Below, piece after piece: positions 23,477 to 34,568 of a stretch of DNA of 64,000 nt (position 1 is the first letter of the stretch; each line of letters opens with the position of its first letter). The notes beneath the pieces are model-generated. The model was not told the DNA's origin and did not search any database. It saw nothing but the letters and a program-made list of their open reading frames with translations. The translations under genes and the position numbers were made by a program. Source of the DNA: an uncultured Actinomycetota bacterium (GTDB taxonomy: Bacteria > Actinomycetota > Actinomycetes > S36-B12 > UBA5976); contig CAWATP010000033.1 in NCBI GenBank assembly GCA_963784905.1, positions 6,699 through 70,698 on the forward strand, read 5' to 3'.

Positions 23477-24919
23477 CTACTCGGCCATGACCTCGATGGT
23501 CTCAAAGGTGCGGTCGCTGCAGTAGGAGACTCTGCCGATTCGTCCAGCCAAGCGGAGAGCATCAACTAATTCACGGGTAACGCGCTCGCCCGGTGCCAGC
23601 AACGGCACACCGGGCGGGTACGGAACAAACTGTTCGGCACTGACGAGGCCGATGGCGTCGTCCATGGCCACACGGCGACGAGGGGCAAAGAACGCATCGC
23701 GCGGCGAGGTGACCACCTCAGGCCGGATCTGCCACAGTGCCGTCGGCATTGGGGTGCGTGCATCGGCTCGCATTGATTCAATAATCCCAGCGACCGTATG
23801 CGCAATCTCGGCAATGAAGGCAGGCTCGTCAACGATCGACACACTCATGACAATCGAATCCGTGTCTGCTGACTCGACCCCATGACCAGCGGACCACAGT
23901 GAGTTGGCGATCTGCACGCCCGTTACGCCGGTGCGCGGAAGCCACAAGGTGATCTTGAGCGGGTCGACCAAGGAACCGATCTCAGCGTCATCGATGACGA
24001 CCACACCAGGCACTGCTCGAAGAATCCGCTTGGCCACGGCTGTGGCTTCGACGGCGCGGTCGATGGCGGCGGAGCCGAGTGATTGCATGATTGCGCGCGT
24101 TGCATCGATGGATGCAAGCAGCGTCGCTGAGGGAGATGTCGTCATATTCAGATCGACAGCACGATCCAGTCGCTTGGGATCAATGCGGCCAGATGCACTC
24201 ACGACGGCGGTCTGCGAGTACCCCATAAGCGCCTTATGAATGCTCGTCACGACGAGATCTGCTCCCTGGCTAATGGCACCGGCGTGCGAGTCGTGCATCC
24301 AGTCGAGGTGCGCACCCCACGCCTGGTCCACGACCAGCGGGACGCCGTAGCCGTGCGCAATGGCGGCGATCGCTCGAACTCCGGACATGGTGCCGACATA
24401 GGCGGGTGACGTAACGAAGAGACCAGTGATGTCTGCGGGCAAGCCTGTGAGCGAGGAGGCGGCAATGCCGACCGGAAGACCAAACTCGGGGTGCAGTTCG
24501 GGGAATACCCACACCGGCAGCCCGCCGCTGAGCTGTAAGCCTCCTAGTGCGCTGCGGTGTGATGTGCGGTCGAGTGCAATGCGCTGGCCGTGTGTGGCAA
24601 CGGCGAGCAACGCAGCAATGTTTCCCTGCGACGAACCGTTGACTAGGAAACGTGTGTGCGAGGCGCCGATAGCTTCGGCGTAGAGCGCTTCGGCGTCTTC
24701 GTCAAAACCGTTGTTGAAGTGGTTGTCGTCGGCACCGCCCTGCAATGGCAGGTCGTCGCGGATGATGTCATGGAGCAGGTCGAAGCCAATCGGCTCAGGG
24801 CCCTGCCCGACTTCGAGTTCGTTGTAGCGGTTCTTGTGACCCGGGATCTGCATCGGTCGGCGGCGAAGCGCCCGCCCAGCTCGCAGTGCATCGACTAGCG
24901 GCGTGCGCAACTCGTCCAT
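23477..24919 (-). CDS. Orn/Lys/Arg decarboxylase-family PLP enzyme
   Basis: Fold-I PLP lysine motif VTSIHKAL and overall OKR_DC_1-like order. AAGGGA Shine-Dalgarno sequence 5 nt before ATG 24919 (ORF is open to 24940). Confidence 0.75.
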   Translation of the reverse strand: MDELRTPLVDALRAGRALRRRPMQIPGHKNRYNELEVGQGPEPIGFDLLHDIIRDDLPLQGGADDNHFNNGFDEDAEALYAEAIGASHTRFLVNGSSQGNIAALLAVATHGQRIALDRTSHRSALGGLQLSGGLPVWVFPELHPEFGLPVGIAASSLTGLPADITGLFVTSPAYVGTMSGVRAIAAIAHGYGVPLVVDQAWGAHLDWMHDSHAGAISQGADLVVTSIHKALMGYSQTAVVSASGRIDPKRLDRAVDLNMTTSPSATLLASIDATRAIMQSLGSAAIDRAVEATAVAKRILRAVPGVVVIDDAEIGSLVDPLKITLWLPRTGVTGVQIANSLWSAGHGVESADTDSIVMSVSIVDEPAFIAEIAHTVAGIIESMRADARTPMPTALWQIRPEVVTSPRDAFFAPRRRVAMDDAIGLVSAEQFVPYPPGVPLLAPGERVTRELVDALRLAGRIGRVSYCSDRTFETIEVMAE

Positions 24920-25447
24920 CAATATCCCTTCCAGCAGCAAGCAGCAGCGTAGAGCGGCGCTGGCTCGCGGGGGGCTGCTCTGGGCCTGGCGGTTCGGTCG
25001 GGGGCACTAGCCGTGCGCCGATGCGGTCCCGCTCGGCAGTCGTTCCGCCGGCCTGTCGCCACGCGAGCCACGCGGATTCGACGTTCGCATGTCGCCCGCT
25101 GCGCAAGCTCGCGGTCGCGATGCGGCCTCATTCGCGCGATCTCACTGCGCCATGCCGCTCCGCTCGATGCCTCGCTAACGACCGCAACGGAGCGCGGCCG
25201 GCGCGGTGATGGAGACAAAGACGGAGCGTCTCCGCAGCCGAATACGCGCCCGTGAGACTGTGCCGAAAGCGGTTTTTCGGCGCGTGTTTGGCGAGGACCA
25301 GCGACGGCTTTCGTCGCAGCCGGCGCGACGGACTGGCGGTGTCGTCGTGACTGCCGAGGGATGACCGAGACGAGGTTGAGGCAGCCCTGCCCGAGTGCCG
25401 TGGTGCTTGGGTGAGGCGGGTCACACGTCCAGCATGTGGGACGGTCG

Positions 25448-25477
25448 GTGACAGTATGTGGACGGTTCCACTACCCT
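25448..25477 (+). promoter_or_regulatory. Candidate promoter of the ilvB leader: GTGACA-N18-TACCCT, 7 nt before ATG 25485
   Basis: The -35-like and TANNNT hexamers have canonical spacing. The transcript would start at the leader ATG. Confidence 0.45.
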
Positions 25478-25484
25478 CACCCTC

Positions 25485-25514
25485 ATGCACTCCATTTTCG
25501 TAGTAGTGAGTTAG
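25485..25514 (+). CDS. ilvB leader peptide MHSIFVVVS
   Basis: ATG CAC TCC ATT TTC GTA GTA GTG AGT TAG. Has Ile plus three Val codons, two of them GTA (which I expect to be rare in a high-GC genome). No Shine-Dalgarno sequence. Followed by hairpins and a U-tract. Confidence 0.6.
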   Translation: MHSIFVVVS

Positions 25515-25548
25515 CGCGCGGCCCGACGCCAAGCGAGTTCCGCGCGCA

Positions 25549-25583
25549 CCCTCCGAAGCCCTTGGGCCGGGGGGATTTTTATT
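25549..25583 (+). terminator. Attenuator terminator upstream of ilvB
   Basis: CCCTCCG-AA-GCCC-TT-GGGC-CGGGGGG followed by ATTTTTATT. Preceded by the GCGCGCGG/CCGCGCGC hairpin (25514-25547), which starts at the leader stop codon. Confidence 0.6.
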
Positions 25584-25628
25584 GCCGGAGTAACAACTAC
25601 GAGACTGCAGACAAGGAAAGGCAAGACC

Positions 25629-27374
25629 ATGGGTGAGCAGATCACTGGCGCACAGAGTTTGGTTCGATCGCTGGAGCATGCCGGCGTAACTGACCTGTTC
25701 GGTATCCCCGGCGGCGCGATTCTCCCGGCCTACGACCCGCTCATGGACTCATCGCAGATTCGCCACATTCTGTGCCGTCACGAGCAGGGTGCGGGACACG
25801 CTGCACAGGGGTACGCCCTAGCCAGTGGCCGAGTCGGTGCGTGCATTGCAACGTCAGGTCCGGGTGCCACCAACTTGGTCACCCCAATCGCAGACGCCAA
25901 TATGGACAGCGTCCCGATGGTGGCCATTACGGGTCAGGTGAGTTCACCGTTTATCGGGACCGACGCCTTTCAGGAAGCAGACATCCGCGGCATCACCATG
26001 CCGATTAGCAAGCACTCCTTCCTCGTCACCAACGCGCGTGACATTCCACGTGCGGTTGCGGCGGCTTTCCATATTGCGAGTACTGGGCGTCCTGGGCCAG
26101 TGCTGGTGGACGTCACCAAGGACGCACTGCAGTCGATGACCGACTTTGATTGGCCGACCGACCTCAACCTGCCGGGCTATCGCCCTGTGACGAAGCCGCA
26201 CGTGAAGCAAGTGAAGGAAGCTGCCCGACTCATTCTTGAGTCGCAAAAGCCAGTGCTCTACGTCGGTGGTGGCGTCATCAAGGCGTCTGCATCGGTTGAA
26301 CTCGCCAAACTGGTTGAACTCACCGGCATCCCAGTGGTCACCACCTTGATGGCCCGGGGCGCATTCCCGGATGCACATCCGCTGCACCTCGGCATGCCGG
26401 GCATGCACGGCACGGTGGCCGCTGTCGGCGCGATGCAGAAGAGCGATCTGCTCATCACGCTCGGGGCCCGTTTCGACGACCGAGTCACGGGGCGCCTCTC
26501 AACGTTCGCCCCAGATGCCAAGGTCATTCACGCAGATATCGATCCTGCGGAGATCGGCAAGAACCGCGAAGCTGACGTGCCGATCGTTGGCGATGTCCGC
26601 GAAGTGCTTATCGAACTCATCGCAGTGCTTGCTGCAGAGAAGGCCAATGGCAACGTTGGTGAGTATTCCGAGTGGCTGCAGACGACGCTGGGCTGGAAGG
26701 CAAAATACCCGTCGGGTTACGACACGTTCGCTGACGGTTCGCTCGCACCGCAGTACGCGATCGAGCGGCTCTCGGCGCTGTCGGACGAGGACACCATCTT
26801 CACCTCAGGCGTTGGCCAGCATCAGATGTGGGCTTCTCACTTCATCGACTGGAAGAAGCCTGGAACTTGGCTCAACTCGGGCGGTCTCGGAACGATGGGA
26901 GTTTCGGTGCCGTTCGCCATGGGCGCGAAGGTGGCTCAGCCTGGTCGTACGGTGTGGTCGATTGATGGCGATGGCTGCTTCCAGATGACCAACCAAGAAC
27001 TCGTCACCTGCTCTATCAACGAGATCCCGATCAAGGTTGCACTCATCAACAACTCGTCGCTTGGCATGGTGCGCCAGTGGCAGACGCTGTTCTACAACGA
27101 GCGTTACTCCAACACCGACCTTCACTCACATCGTATTCCCGACTTTGTGAAGTTGGCTGAGGCCTATGGCTGCCACGGCCTGCGTTGTGATGCACCGGCG
27201 GACGTCGACAAGACCATTAAGTTGGCGCAGTCACTGAACGATGCGCCGGTGATCGTCGATTTTGTCGTACATCGTGACGCCATGATCTGGCCGATGGTTG
27301 CAGCAGGTGCCAGCAATGACGACATCAAGATCGCGCGCGACCTCGCGCCCGAGTTCGAACAGGGAGCTGAGTGA
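25629..27374 (+). CDS. ilvB: Acetolactate synthase large subunit
   Basis: TPP enzyme. GIPGGAILP and GLGTMG...DGDG...NN motifs. 581 aa. AAGGAAAGG Shine-Dalgarno sequence. Confidence 0.95.
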   Translation: MGEQITGAQSLVRSLEHAGVTDLFGIPGGAILPAYDPLMDSSQIRHILCRHEQGAGHAAQGYALASGRVGACIATSGPGATNLVTPIADANMDSVPMVAITGQVSSPFIGTDAFQEADIRGITMPISKHSFLVTNARDIPRAVAAAFHIASTGRPGPVLVDVTKDALQSMTDFDWPTDLNLPGYRPVTKPHVKQVKEAARLILESQKPVLYVGGGVIKASASVELAKLVELTGIPVVTTLMARGAFPDAHPLHLGMPGMHGTVAAVGAMQKSDLLITLGARFDDRVTGRLSTFAPDAKVIHADIDPAEIGKNREADVPIVGDVREVLIELIAVLAAEKANGNVGEYSEWLQTTLGWKAKYPSGYDTFADGSLAPQYAIERLSALSDEDTIFTSGVGQHQMWASHFIDWKKPGTWLNSGGLGTMGVSVPFAMGAKVAQPGRTVWSIDGDGCFQMTNQELVTCSINEIPIKVALINNSSLGMVRQWQTLFYNERYSNTDLHSHRIPDFVKLAEAYGCHGLRCDAPADVDKTIKLAQSLNDAPVIVDFVVHRDAMIWPMVAAGASNDDIKIARDLAPEFEQGAE

Positions 27375-27883
27375 GCATGAGCCGTCACATCCTTTCGGTC
27401 CTGGTTGAGGACGAGCCCGGTGTTCTGGCACGCGTCTCTGCGCTGTTCGCGCGCCGCGGCTTCAACATTGAAAGCCTGGCCGTCGGCAACACCGAGTTGC
27501 CCGATGTCTCGCGTATGACGATCGTCGTCAATGTCGAAGATTCACCGCTCGAGCAGGTGACGAAGCAGTTGAACAAGCTGATCAACGTGCTGAAAATCGT
27601 CGAGCTCGACCCGGCTGGTTCGGTCGAGAGCCAGCTCATCATGGTGAAGGTGCGCGCCGACGCCGACGTCCGTTCGCAGGTCGTTGAGATCGCCGAGCTG
27701 TTCAAGTGCAAAGTTATCGACGTCTCGGTTGACGCCATCGCCATGCAGGCGACCGGCCACCACGACAAGATCGAAACGTTGCTCGCCATGCTGGAGCCAT
27801 ACGGCATCAAGGAATTGGTGCAGTCCGGCGTCGTGGCGCTTGCCCGCGGCAACCGTTCCATCACCGACCGCCCCACCAAGTAA
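27371..27883 (+). CDS. ilvN: Acetolactate synthase small (regulatory) subunit
   Basis: ACT domain [31 protein letters not shown]. Overlaps the ilvB stop (alternative ATG 27377). Confidence 0.95.
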   Translation: MSMSRHILSVLVEDEPGVLARVSALFARRGFNIESLAVGNTELPDVSRMTIVVNVEDSPLEQVTKQLNKLINVLKIVELDPAGSVESQLIMVKVRADADVRSQVVEIAELFKCKVIDVSVDAIAMQATGHHDKIETLLAMLEPYGIKELVQSGVVALARGNRSITDRPTK

Positions 27884-27889
27884 GCCCCT

Positions 27890-29110
<1,221 letters not shown>

Positions 29111-29125
29111 GCCAGCAAGTTCCAT

Positions 29126-29159
29126 ACGAAGGGCTCGACCATCCGGTCGGGCCCTTCGT
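29126..29159 (+). terminator. Strong hairpin after ilvC
   Basis: ACGAAGGGCTCGACC-ATCC-GGTCGGGCCCTTCGT (15-bp stem with one G-U pair, 4-nt loop), 16 nt after the ilvC stop. Weak T-tract. Confidence 0.6.
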
Positions 29160-29258
29160 GCTCTTGGAAACCGCCCACATTCGCCGAGCGGTGGTTGTCC
29201 CGTGGTGGCAGAATCAGCCTTCAGCCGTCGCAGAACAGCGCGAAGGGGGAGGAGCGTC

Positions 29259-29708
29259 GTGACTTCAGCAGCGATACGCCCCAAAGCCATGTTGGTGGCG
29301 CCGAATCTTGGGCGCACCGCGCACGTCGTCAGTCTCAACCCGCCTACGCTGGAGAATCCCGACGGCTATCACCGCCTTATAGGAGGTAGTGTCGAGTTCG
29401 GCGAAAGTCATCGCGAGGCAATTGTTCGTGAAGTTCGCGAAGAGCTCAGCGCGGAAATCGCCGACCTGACGTACCTCGGCGCGGTCGAGAGCATCTTTGC
29501 AATCGACGGCGCGCCTGGGCATGAAATGGTCTTCCTGTATACGGGCACCTTGCACCCAGCGCCTGCCGAGCTCGGCGGGTCGCTTACCGAGTCTGATGGC
29601 GCGGTGATGCCGGTCGTTTGGCGCGCATTCGATGACGATGCAGAACCTCTGCCGCTCTACCCGGCCGCGGCTAGACGTTGGCTGGTTGCAGCACGCGGTG
29701 CCAACTGA
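29259..29708 (+). CDS. NUDIX hydrolase
   Basis: Nudix box GGSVEFGESHREAIVREVREELSAEI. GGGGGAGGAG lies 5 nt before GTG 29259. ORF is open from 29202. Confidence 0.75.
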   Translation: MTSAAIRPKAMLVAPNLGRTAHVVSLNPPTLENPDGYHRLIGGSVEFGESHREAIVREVREELSAEIADLTYLGAVESIFAIDGAPGHEMVFLYTGTLHPAPAELGGSLTESDGAVMPVVWRAFDDDAEPLPLYPAAARRWLVAARGAN

Positions 29709-29808
29709 GCTTCGCTGGGATGTTAGCTGCGCCGTTCTCCGGCATATGCACTGGGCGATTGAATGTCCGATTTACGCTGACGCTAAACGTTGATTCCGCA
29801 CAGCTGGG

Positions 29809-29843
29809 TTTCACAATCTGGACATTGTGAAAACTTTCACAAG
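29809..29843. promoter_or_regulatory. AT-rich dyad TTTCACAAT-N6-ATTGTGAAA plus a third TTTCACAA half-site, upstream of serA
   Basis: Perfect 9-bp inverted repeat (29809-29817 / 29824-29832) with a direct third copy at 29835-29842. About 70-100 nt before the serA GTG. Confidence 0.4.
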
Positions 29844-29912
29844 CGACGGTATACGGTTTCCGCACCGTCGGCCGCAGTCCAGCAGCCGTTCGTGCTCGAG
29901 AAGGAAACCACT

Positions 29913-31502
29913 GTGAGCAAGCCGATCGTCCTCATCGCCGAAGAACTCTCACCCGCCACTGTCGCCGCACTCGGTCCGGACTTTGAAATCCGCAATTGCG
30001 ATGGAGCGAACCGCGACGAGTTGCTGACGGCCATCGTTGATGCCGATGCCATCCTCATTCGATCGGCGACGCAGGTGGATGCCGAAGCACTCGCCGTGGC
30101 GAAGAGCCTGAAGGTTGTGGCCCGCGCAGGCGTCGGCCTGGACAACGTCGACGTGAAAGCCGCAACGCAGGCCGGCGTCATGGTCGTGAACGCGCCGACC
30201 TCCAACATCACCTCAGCAGCCGAACTGGCAGTCGGCCTGCTGCTCGCCACCGCCCGCCACATCGTGCCGGCCAACCTAGCCCTCAAGAACGGCAAGTGGG
30301 CTCGCTCCAAGTTCACCGGCGTGGAGATTAATGACAAAGTCGTCGGCGTCGTCGGCCTTGGCCGCATCGGCATGCTCGTGGCACAGCGCCTCGCGCCGTT
30401 CGGTGTGCAACTCATTGCCTACGACCCCTACGTGCAGCCGGCGCGCGCCGCGCAACTTGGCATCAAGCTGGTGACGCTCGACGAACTGCTCACGCAGTCC
30501 GATTTCATCACCGTGCACCTTCCTAAGACAGCCGAGACAGTTGGTCTCATCGGCGACGAGGCACTGCACAAGGTGAAGTCAAGCGTCATCATCATCAACG
30601 CGGCGCGCGGTGGCATTGTTGATGAAGCGGCACTGGCTAGCGCGCTGACCGATGGCCGCGTTGCCGGCGCTGGCCTGGACGTTTACGCCAAGGAGCCCTG
30701 CACTGATTCGCCGCTGTTCGCCTTCGACAACGTGGTTGCTGTGCCGCACCTCGGGGCATCCACTGACGAAGCACAGGAAAAGGCCGGCGTTTCCGTCGCC
30801 AAGTCCGTGCGTCTTGCGCTGTCCGGCGAGCTGGTTCCGGACGCTGTGAACGTACAGGGCGGCGTGCTCTCGGCGACCGTCAAGCCATACCTGGCACTAG
30901 CCGAGCATCTTGGCACCATCGCTGCGTTGCTCGCTCCGGATCCGGTGGCGCGTGTGTCCGTCGAAATTTCGGGTGAACTGTCCCAGGAAGACGTGCGTGT
31001 ACTTGAACTTTCCGCACTCAAGGGCGTGTTCGGCGCACTCATGAATGATCCGGTTTCTTACGTCAATGCTCCGCTCATTGCCAAAGAACGTGGCGTCGAA
31101 ACGAAGCTCACGACTAAGTCCGAAAACGACGACTACCGCTCGCTCCTGCGCATCAAGCTCGATACCACCAGCGGTCAGCGCTTTGTCATTGGCGGCACGG
31201 TTGCAGGTCCGCGCAAGATCGAGAAGATCGCCGAGATCAATGGCGCGGAGATCGACGTGCAGATTGGCGCCCACCATGCCTTCTACTCATACGCGGATCG
31301 CCCCGGCGTCATTGGTGTCATTGGCCAGATCCTGGGCACCGCCGGTGTGAATATTGAGACCATGCAGGTTGGGTTATTGCCGAACAGTTCGCAGGCGATC
31401 ATGGTGCTCAGCCTCGATCAGGATGTGCCTGCTGCAATCAACGCGCGCGTTGCGAGCGAAGTCGGCACAGAAATCGCCAAGATCGTGACGCTCGTTGCAT
31501 AG
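29913..31502 (+). CDS. serA: D-3-phosphoglycerate dehydrogenase (long form with ASB and ACT domains)
   Basis: VSKPIVLIAEELSP..., GLGRIGMLVAQR and a C-terminal ACT domain. ORF is open from 29790. GTG 29913 is chosen by N-terminal homology and an AAGGAA Shine-Dalgarno sequence. Confidence 0.9.
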   Translation: MSKPIVLIAEELSPATVAALGPDFEIRNCDGANRDELLTAIVDADAILIRSATQVDAEALAVAKSLKVVARAGVGLDNVDVKAATQAGVMVVNAPTSNITSAAELAVGLLLATARHIVPANLALKNGKWARSKFTGVEINDKVVGVVGLGRIGMLVAQRLAPFGVQLIAYDPYVQPARAAQLGIKLVTLDELLTQSDFITVHLPKTAETVGLIGDEALHKVKSSVIIINAARGGIVDEAALASALTDGRVAGAGLDVYAKEPCTDSPLFAFDNVVAVPHLGASTDEAQEKAGVSVAKSVRLALSGELVPDAVNVQGGVLSATVKPYLALAEHLGTIAALLAPDPVARVSVEISGELSQEDVRVLELSALKGVFGALMNDPVSYVNAPLIAKERGVETKLTTKSENDDYRSLLRIKLDTTSGQRFVIGGTVAGPRKIEKIAEINGAEIDVQIGAHHAFYSYADRPGVIGVIGQILGTAGVNIETMQVGLLPNSSQAIMVLSLDQDVPAAINARVASEVGTEIAKIVTLVA

Positions 31503-31635
31503 GCCTTGAACGCTCGCACATGACACCAGCGCCGCTGGAACACAGCCGAGGGCGCTGGTTCATTGCAGCGCGTCGGCACTGTCGGACTCGGGTGAATGCC
31601 AATAGCGTGTAAACGTTGACCGGAAAGGATGCCGC

Positions 31636-32616
31636 ATGCAGCAAACACGTTGGGCCATGGTCGGAACTGGGCTGATGCTCCAGCTCATCGGCCGTGACTT
31701 CGCCAAGACGGAAAACGTTGATCTCAAAGTGATCGTGTCCCGCACACAGGCGCGGGCAGAAGAAGCGGCGGCGGAGTTCGGCTTGGCCGAGGGCGGCGGC
31801 GATTTTGAAGCCATGCTGCAGCGCGACGATATCGATGTTGTCTACATCGCGACGCCAATGTCGTTGCACTTTCCGCAAGCGATGGCCGCCCTCAACGCGG
31901 GGAAGCATGTGCTCGTGGAGAAGTCCATGGGTATGAATGCAACCGAGACGCGTGCGCTGCTAGCGCATGCCGCATCCAAGGGTCTATTCGCCATGGAAGC
32001 GATGTGGACAGCCTTCAATCCGGCCATAATCGAGCTTCGCCGCCGTATAGCAGCAGGCGCAATCGGCGAGGTCTCGCTGCTCAATGCCTCCTTCTGCACG
32101 GCGCCAGAATTCAACCCGAACTCGCGTCTGTTTGCGGCAACGCTCGGTGGGGGAAGTGTCCTTGATCAAGGTGTGTACACCATTTCCGTTGCGCAAATGA
32201 TCTTCGGAAGTCCAACTCGAGTGATCGCAACTGGCACCGTGGCGCATGGCGTCGACGTGGAAGCTGCCGTGCTCCTCGAGTTTGCGGAGGGCAAGCGCGC
32301 GGTATGCATTAGCAGCTTGCGCGGCTTTTCGCCCTTGGACGCCCACGTCACGGGAACGCTCGGCAGCATGCAGATTCCAGGCGCATTCTGGAATCCAGGT
32401 GGATTTGAGCAGATGACGTTCACCGGCGCCAACTCTGGCGACGTCGACGAATTCAGCTATGAGCGCGAAGGCGCTGGGTACGTCCCCATGCTGCGCGCCG
32501 TCAGTGACGCGATCATGGCGGGCAAAACGGAGCATGAACTTCGTTCACACGCGGACACGATTTCGGTTGCTGAGACGATGGACGAAGTTCTGCGTCAGAT
32601 CCACAATCGCGCCTAG
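31636..32616 (+). CDS. Gfo/Idh/MocA-family oxidoreductase
   Basis: N-terminal Rossmann RWAMVGTGLM and an EKSM motif (VLVEKSMG). Confidence 0.75.
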   Translation: MQQTRWAMVGTGLMLQLIGRDFAKTENVDLKVIVSRTQARAEEAAAEFGLAEGGGDFEAMLQRDDIDVVYIATPMSLHFPQAMAALNAGKHVLVEKSMGMNATETRALLAHAASKGLFAMEAMWTAFNPAIIELRRRIAAGAIGEVSLLNASFCTAPEFNPNSRLFAATLGGGSVLDQGVYTISVAQMIFGSPTRVIATGTVAHGVDVEAAVLLEFAEGKRAVCISSLRGFSPLDAHVTGTLGSMQIPGAFWNPGGFEQMTFTGANSGDVDEFSYEREGAGYVPMLRAVSDAIMAGKTEHELRSHADTISVAETMDEVLRQIHNRA

Positions 32617-32769
32617 TCAAGCTGCACCGCGCTCCGGCGTCGTTGTTGTCGGTCGCCACCGCGGCTCGGCTTGACGAATCGCCATGGCCGCTGTCAGATT
32701 CGCCAATAGCCACGACCGTCCACCGATACCCGGTCCGAACCGATGCCACATTCTCCGAGGAGTTCTGAC

Positions 32770-33099
32770 ATGCAGTTCCTGATTTCCGTCATCGACGATA
32801 CGTCGAACTCGGGCACGCAAGACGAGATAGCGGCCATTAATGTGTTCAATGACGGACTGCGGGCCGCAGGGCATTGGGTCTTCGCCGGCGGGTTGAACTC
32901 GCCAGAGGAGGCGGTCGTCATCGATAACCGGAGCGGTGCGTCGTTATTGAGCCAAGGAGCCTTCCAAAAATCGACGGAGTACACCGCGGGATTCTGGATC
33001 ATCGTCGCCCAAGATCTCAGTCAAGCGCTGCTGCTGGCTGCCGATGGGTCGAAGGCGTGTAACCGCAAGGTCGAGGTTCGCGAACTCCACGGCGAGTAA
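32770..33099 (+). CDS. YciI-family protein
   Basis: [10 protein letters not shown]... is about 109 aa with a typical YCII-like pattern. GAGGAG Shine-Dalgarno sequence before ATG 32770. Confidence 0.6.
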   Translation: MQFLISVIDDTSNSGTQDEIAAINVFNDGLRAAGHWVFAGGLNSPEEAVVIDNRSGASLLSQGAFQKSTEYTAGFWIIVAQDLSQALLLAADGSKACNRKVEVRELHGE

Positions 33100-33135
33100 G
33101 CGCATTGCTGCGTCTGCGCTGAGACAGCTGTGTCG

Positions 33136-33156
33136 AAGCCCCAACTGCTGGGGCTT
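33136..33156 (+). terminator. Hairpin after the YciI-family gene
   Basis: AAGCCCCA-ACTGC-TGGGGCTT. No U-tract. Confidence 0.4.
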
Positions 33157-33295
33157 GGGTGCGAGGCAATCTGAGCCTCATGGCCAGACTCGGACGGTGC
33201 GAATGGGTCCCGCTCCAGGGACGTGCATTCCCCGAAGTCCGCGAAAGCAGCGCAGACCGGTAAGGCTGGCCGTCAGCATCCGTAGACTTGTGTGC

Positions 33296-34516
33296 ATGTT
33301 CGAAGCTGTGAGACTCGACGCCATCGAGGATGCCATTCAGGCTATTCGCGACGGCAAGCTGGTGCTCGTCGTAGATGACGAGGACCGCGAGAACGAAGGC
33401 GACTTCATCTTCTCGGCCGAGCTCGCAACCCCTGAGCTGGTCGCCTTTGCCGTGCGCTACTCCACGGGAGTCATCTGCGCTCCCATGGTGGGCGAAGATC
33501 TCGACCGGCTGAATATCCCGCCGATGACCGCAGTGAACACCGATCAAAAGGGAACCGCGTACACGGTGTCGGTTGACGCGCGTGCAGTGGAATCCACTGG
33601 GATTTCGGCGGTGGATCGCGCCTTAACTTTGCGCACGCTCGCTGCGCCGAATGCAGTGCCGAACGATTTCACGAGGCCGGGCCACGTCTTTCCGCTTCGT
33701 GCCGTGCCTGGCGGAGTCCTCCGCCGGGCCGGCCACACTGAGGCCACCGTTGATCTCTGCCGGCTTGCCGGCTTACGACCTGCCGGCATCTGTGTCGAGA
33801 TCCAGCATGACAACGGCGAAATGATGCGCGCCCCTGATATTCGCTCCTTTGCCGACGAGCACGGCATCGTGCTGGTGTCGATCGCTGACCTCATCTCCTA
33901 TATCCGCCGCACTGAACTGCAAGTGGAGTACGTCACGGAGACCGAATTGCCCACCGAGTTCGGGACCTTCCGCGCCGTTGGCTACCGCTCGCTCATTGAC
34001 GGCAGCGAGCATCTCGCCATGGTGATGGGTGAGATAGGTGATGGCGAAGATGTGCTCGTCCGAGTGCACTCTGAATGCCTGACTGGCGACGTGTTCCATT
34101 CGCATCGTTGTGATTGCGGTCCACAGTTGGATGCCGCTTTACGAGCAGTCGCGGAAGTTGGGCGCGGCGTTGTGCTGTACGTCGGTGGACACGAGGGTCG
34201 GGGCATTGGACTGCTCGGCAAGCTCAAGGCCTATGCGCTGCAGGAGCAAGGTATGGATACCGTCGACGCCAATCTCGCACTCGGCTTTTCCGCTGATGCG
34301 CGCGACTACGGCACTGGTGCACAGATCCTCGCGCACCTCGGCATCACGTCCATGCGACTTCTCACGAACAACCCCGCCAAGCGTGCTGGGCTCGAGGGTT
34401 ATGGGCTGACGATTACTGGGCGTGAACCGTTGGTGATTGCCCCGCGACCCGAGAACGCCGCGTACCTGGCGACGAAGGCCGCTCGCTTCGGCCACGACTT
34501 CTCGACTCGCCCTTAG
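33296..34516 (+). CDS. ribBA: Bifunctional 3,4-dihydroxy-2-butanone-4-phosphate synthase / GTP cyclohydrolase II
   Basis: [10 protein letters not shown] (RibB) and [18 protein letters not shown] (RibA Zn motif). ORF is open from 33044. Confidence 0.95.
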   Translation: MFEAVRLDAIEDAIQAIRDGKLVLVVDDEDRENEGDFIFSAELATPELVAFAVRYSTGVICAPMVGEDLDRLNIPPMTAVNTDQKGTAYTVSVDARAVESTGISAVDRALTLRTLAAPNAVPNDFTRPGHVFPLRAVPGGVLRRAGHTEATVDLCRLAGLRPAGICVEIQHDNGEMMRAPDIRSFADEHGIVLVSIADLISYIRRTELQVEYVTETELPTEFGTFRAVGYRSLIDGSEHLAMVMGEIGDGEDVLVRVHSECLTGDVFHSHRCDCGPQLDAALRAVAEVGRGVVLYVGGHEGRGIGLLGKLKAYALQEQGMDTVDANLALGFSADARDYGTGAQILAHLGITSMRLLTNNPAKRAGLEGYGLTITGREPLVIAPRPENAAYLATKAARFGHDFSTRP

Positions 34517-34568
34517 CAAAGTTACGTGGCGGTTCAATGATTAACCGGTGCAAGGAGTGCGGCGCGAA

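Noticed and set aside
33100-33295. FMN riboswitch expected upstream of ribBA
   Set aside because: Only loose resemblance was found (ATTCCCC, CCGCGA, CAGACCGGT). The conserved ACCGGCGGT, GCCGACGGT and AGTCCGGATG blocks are missing, so I cannot support an RFN element by eye. A covariance-model scan would settle it.
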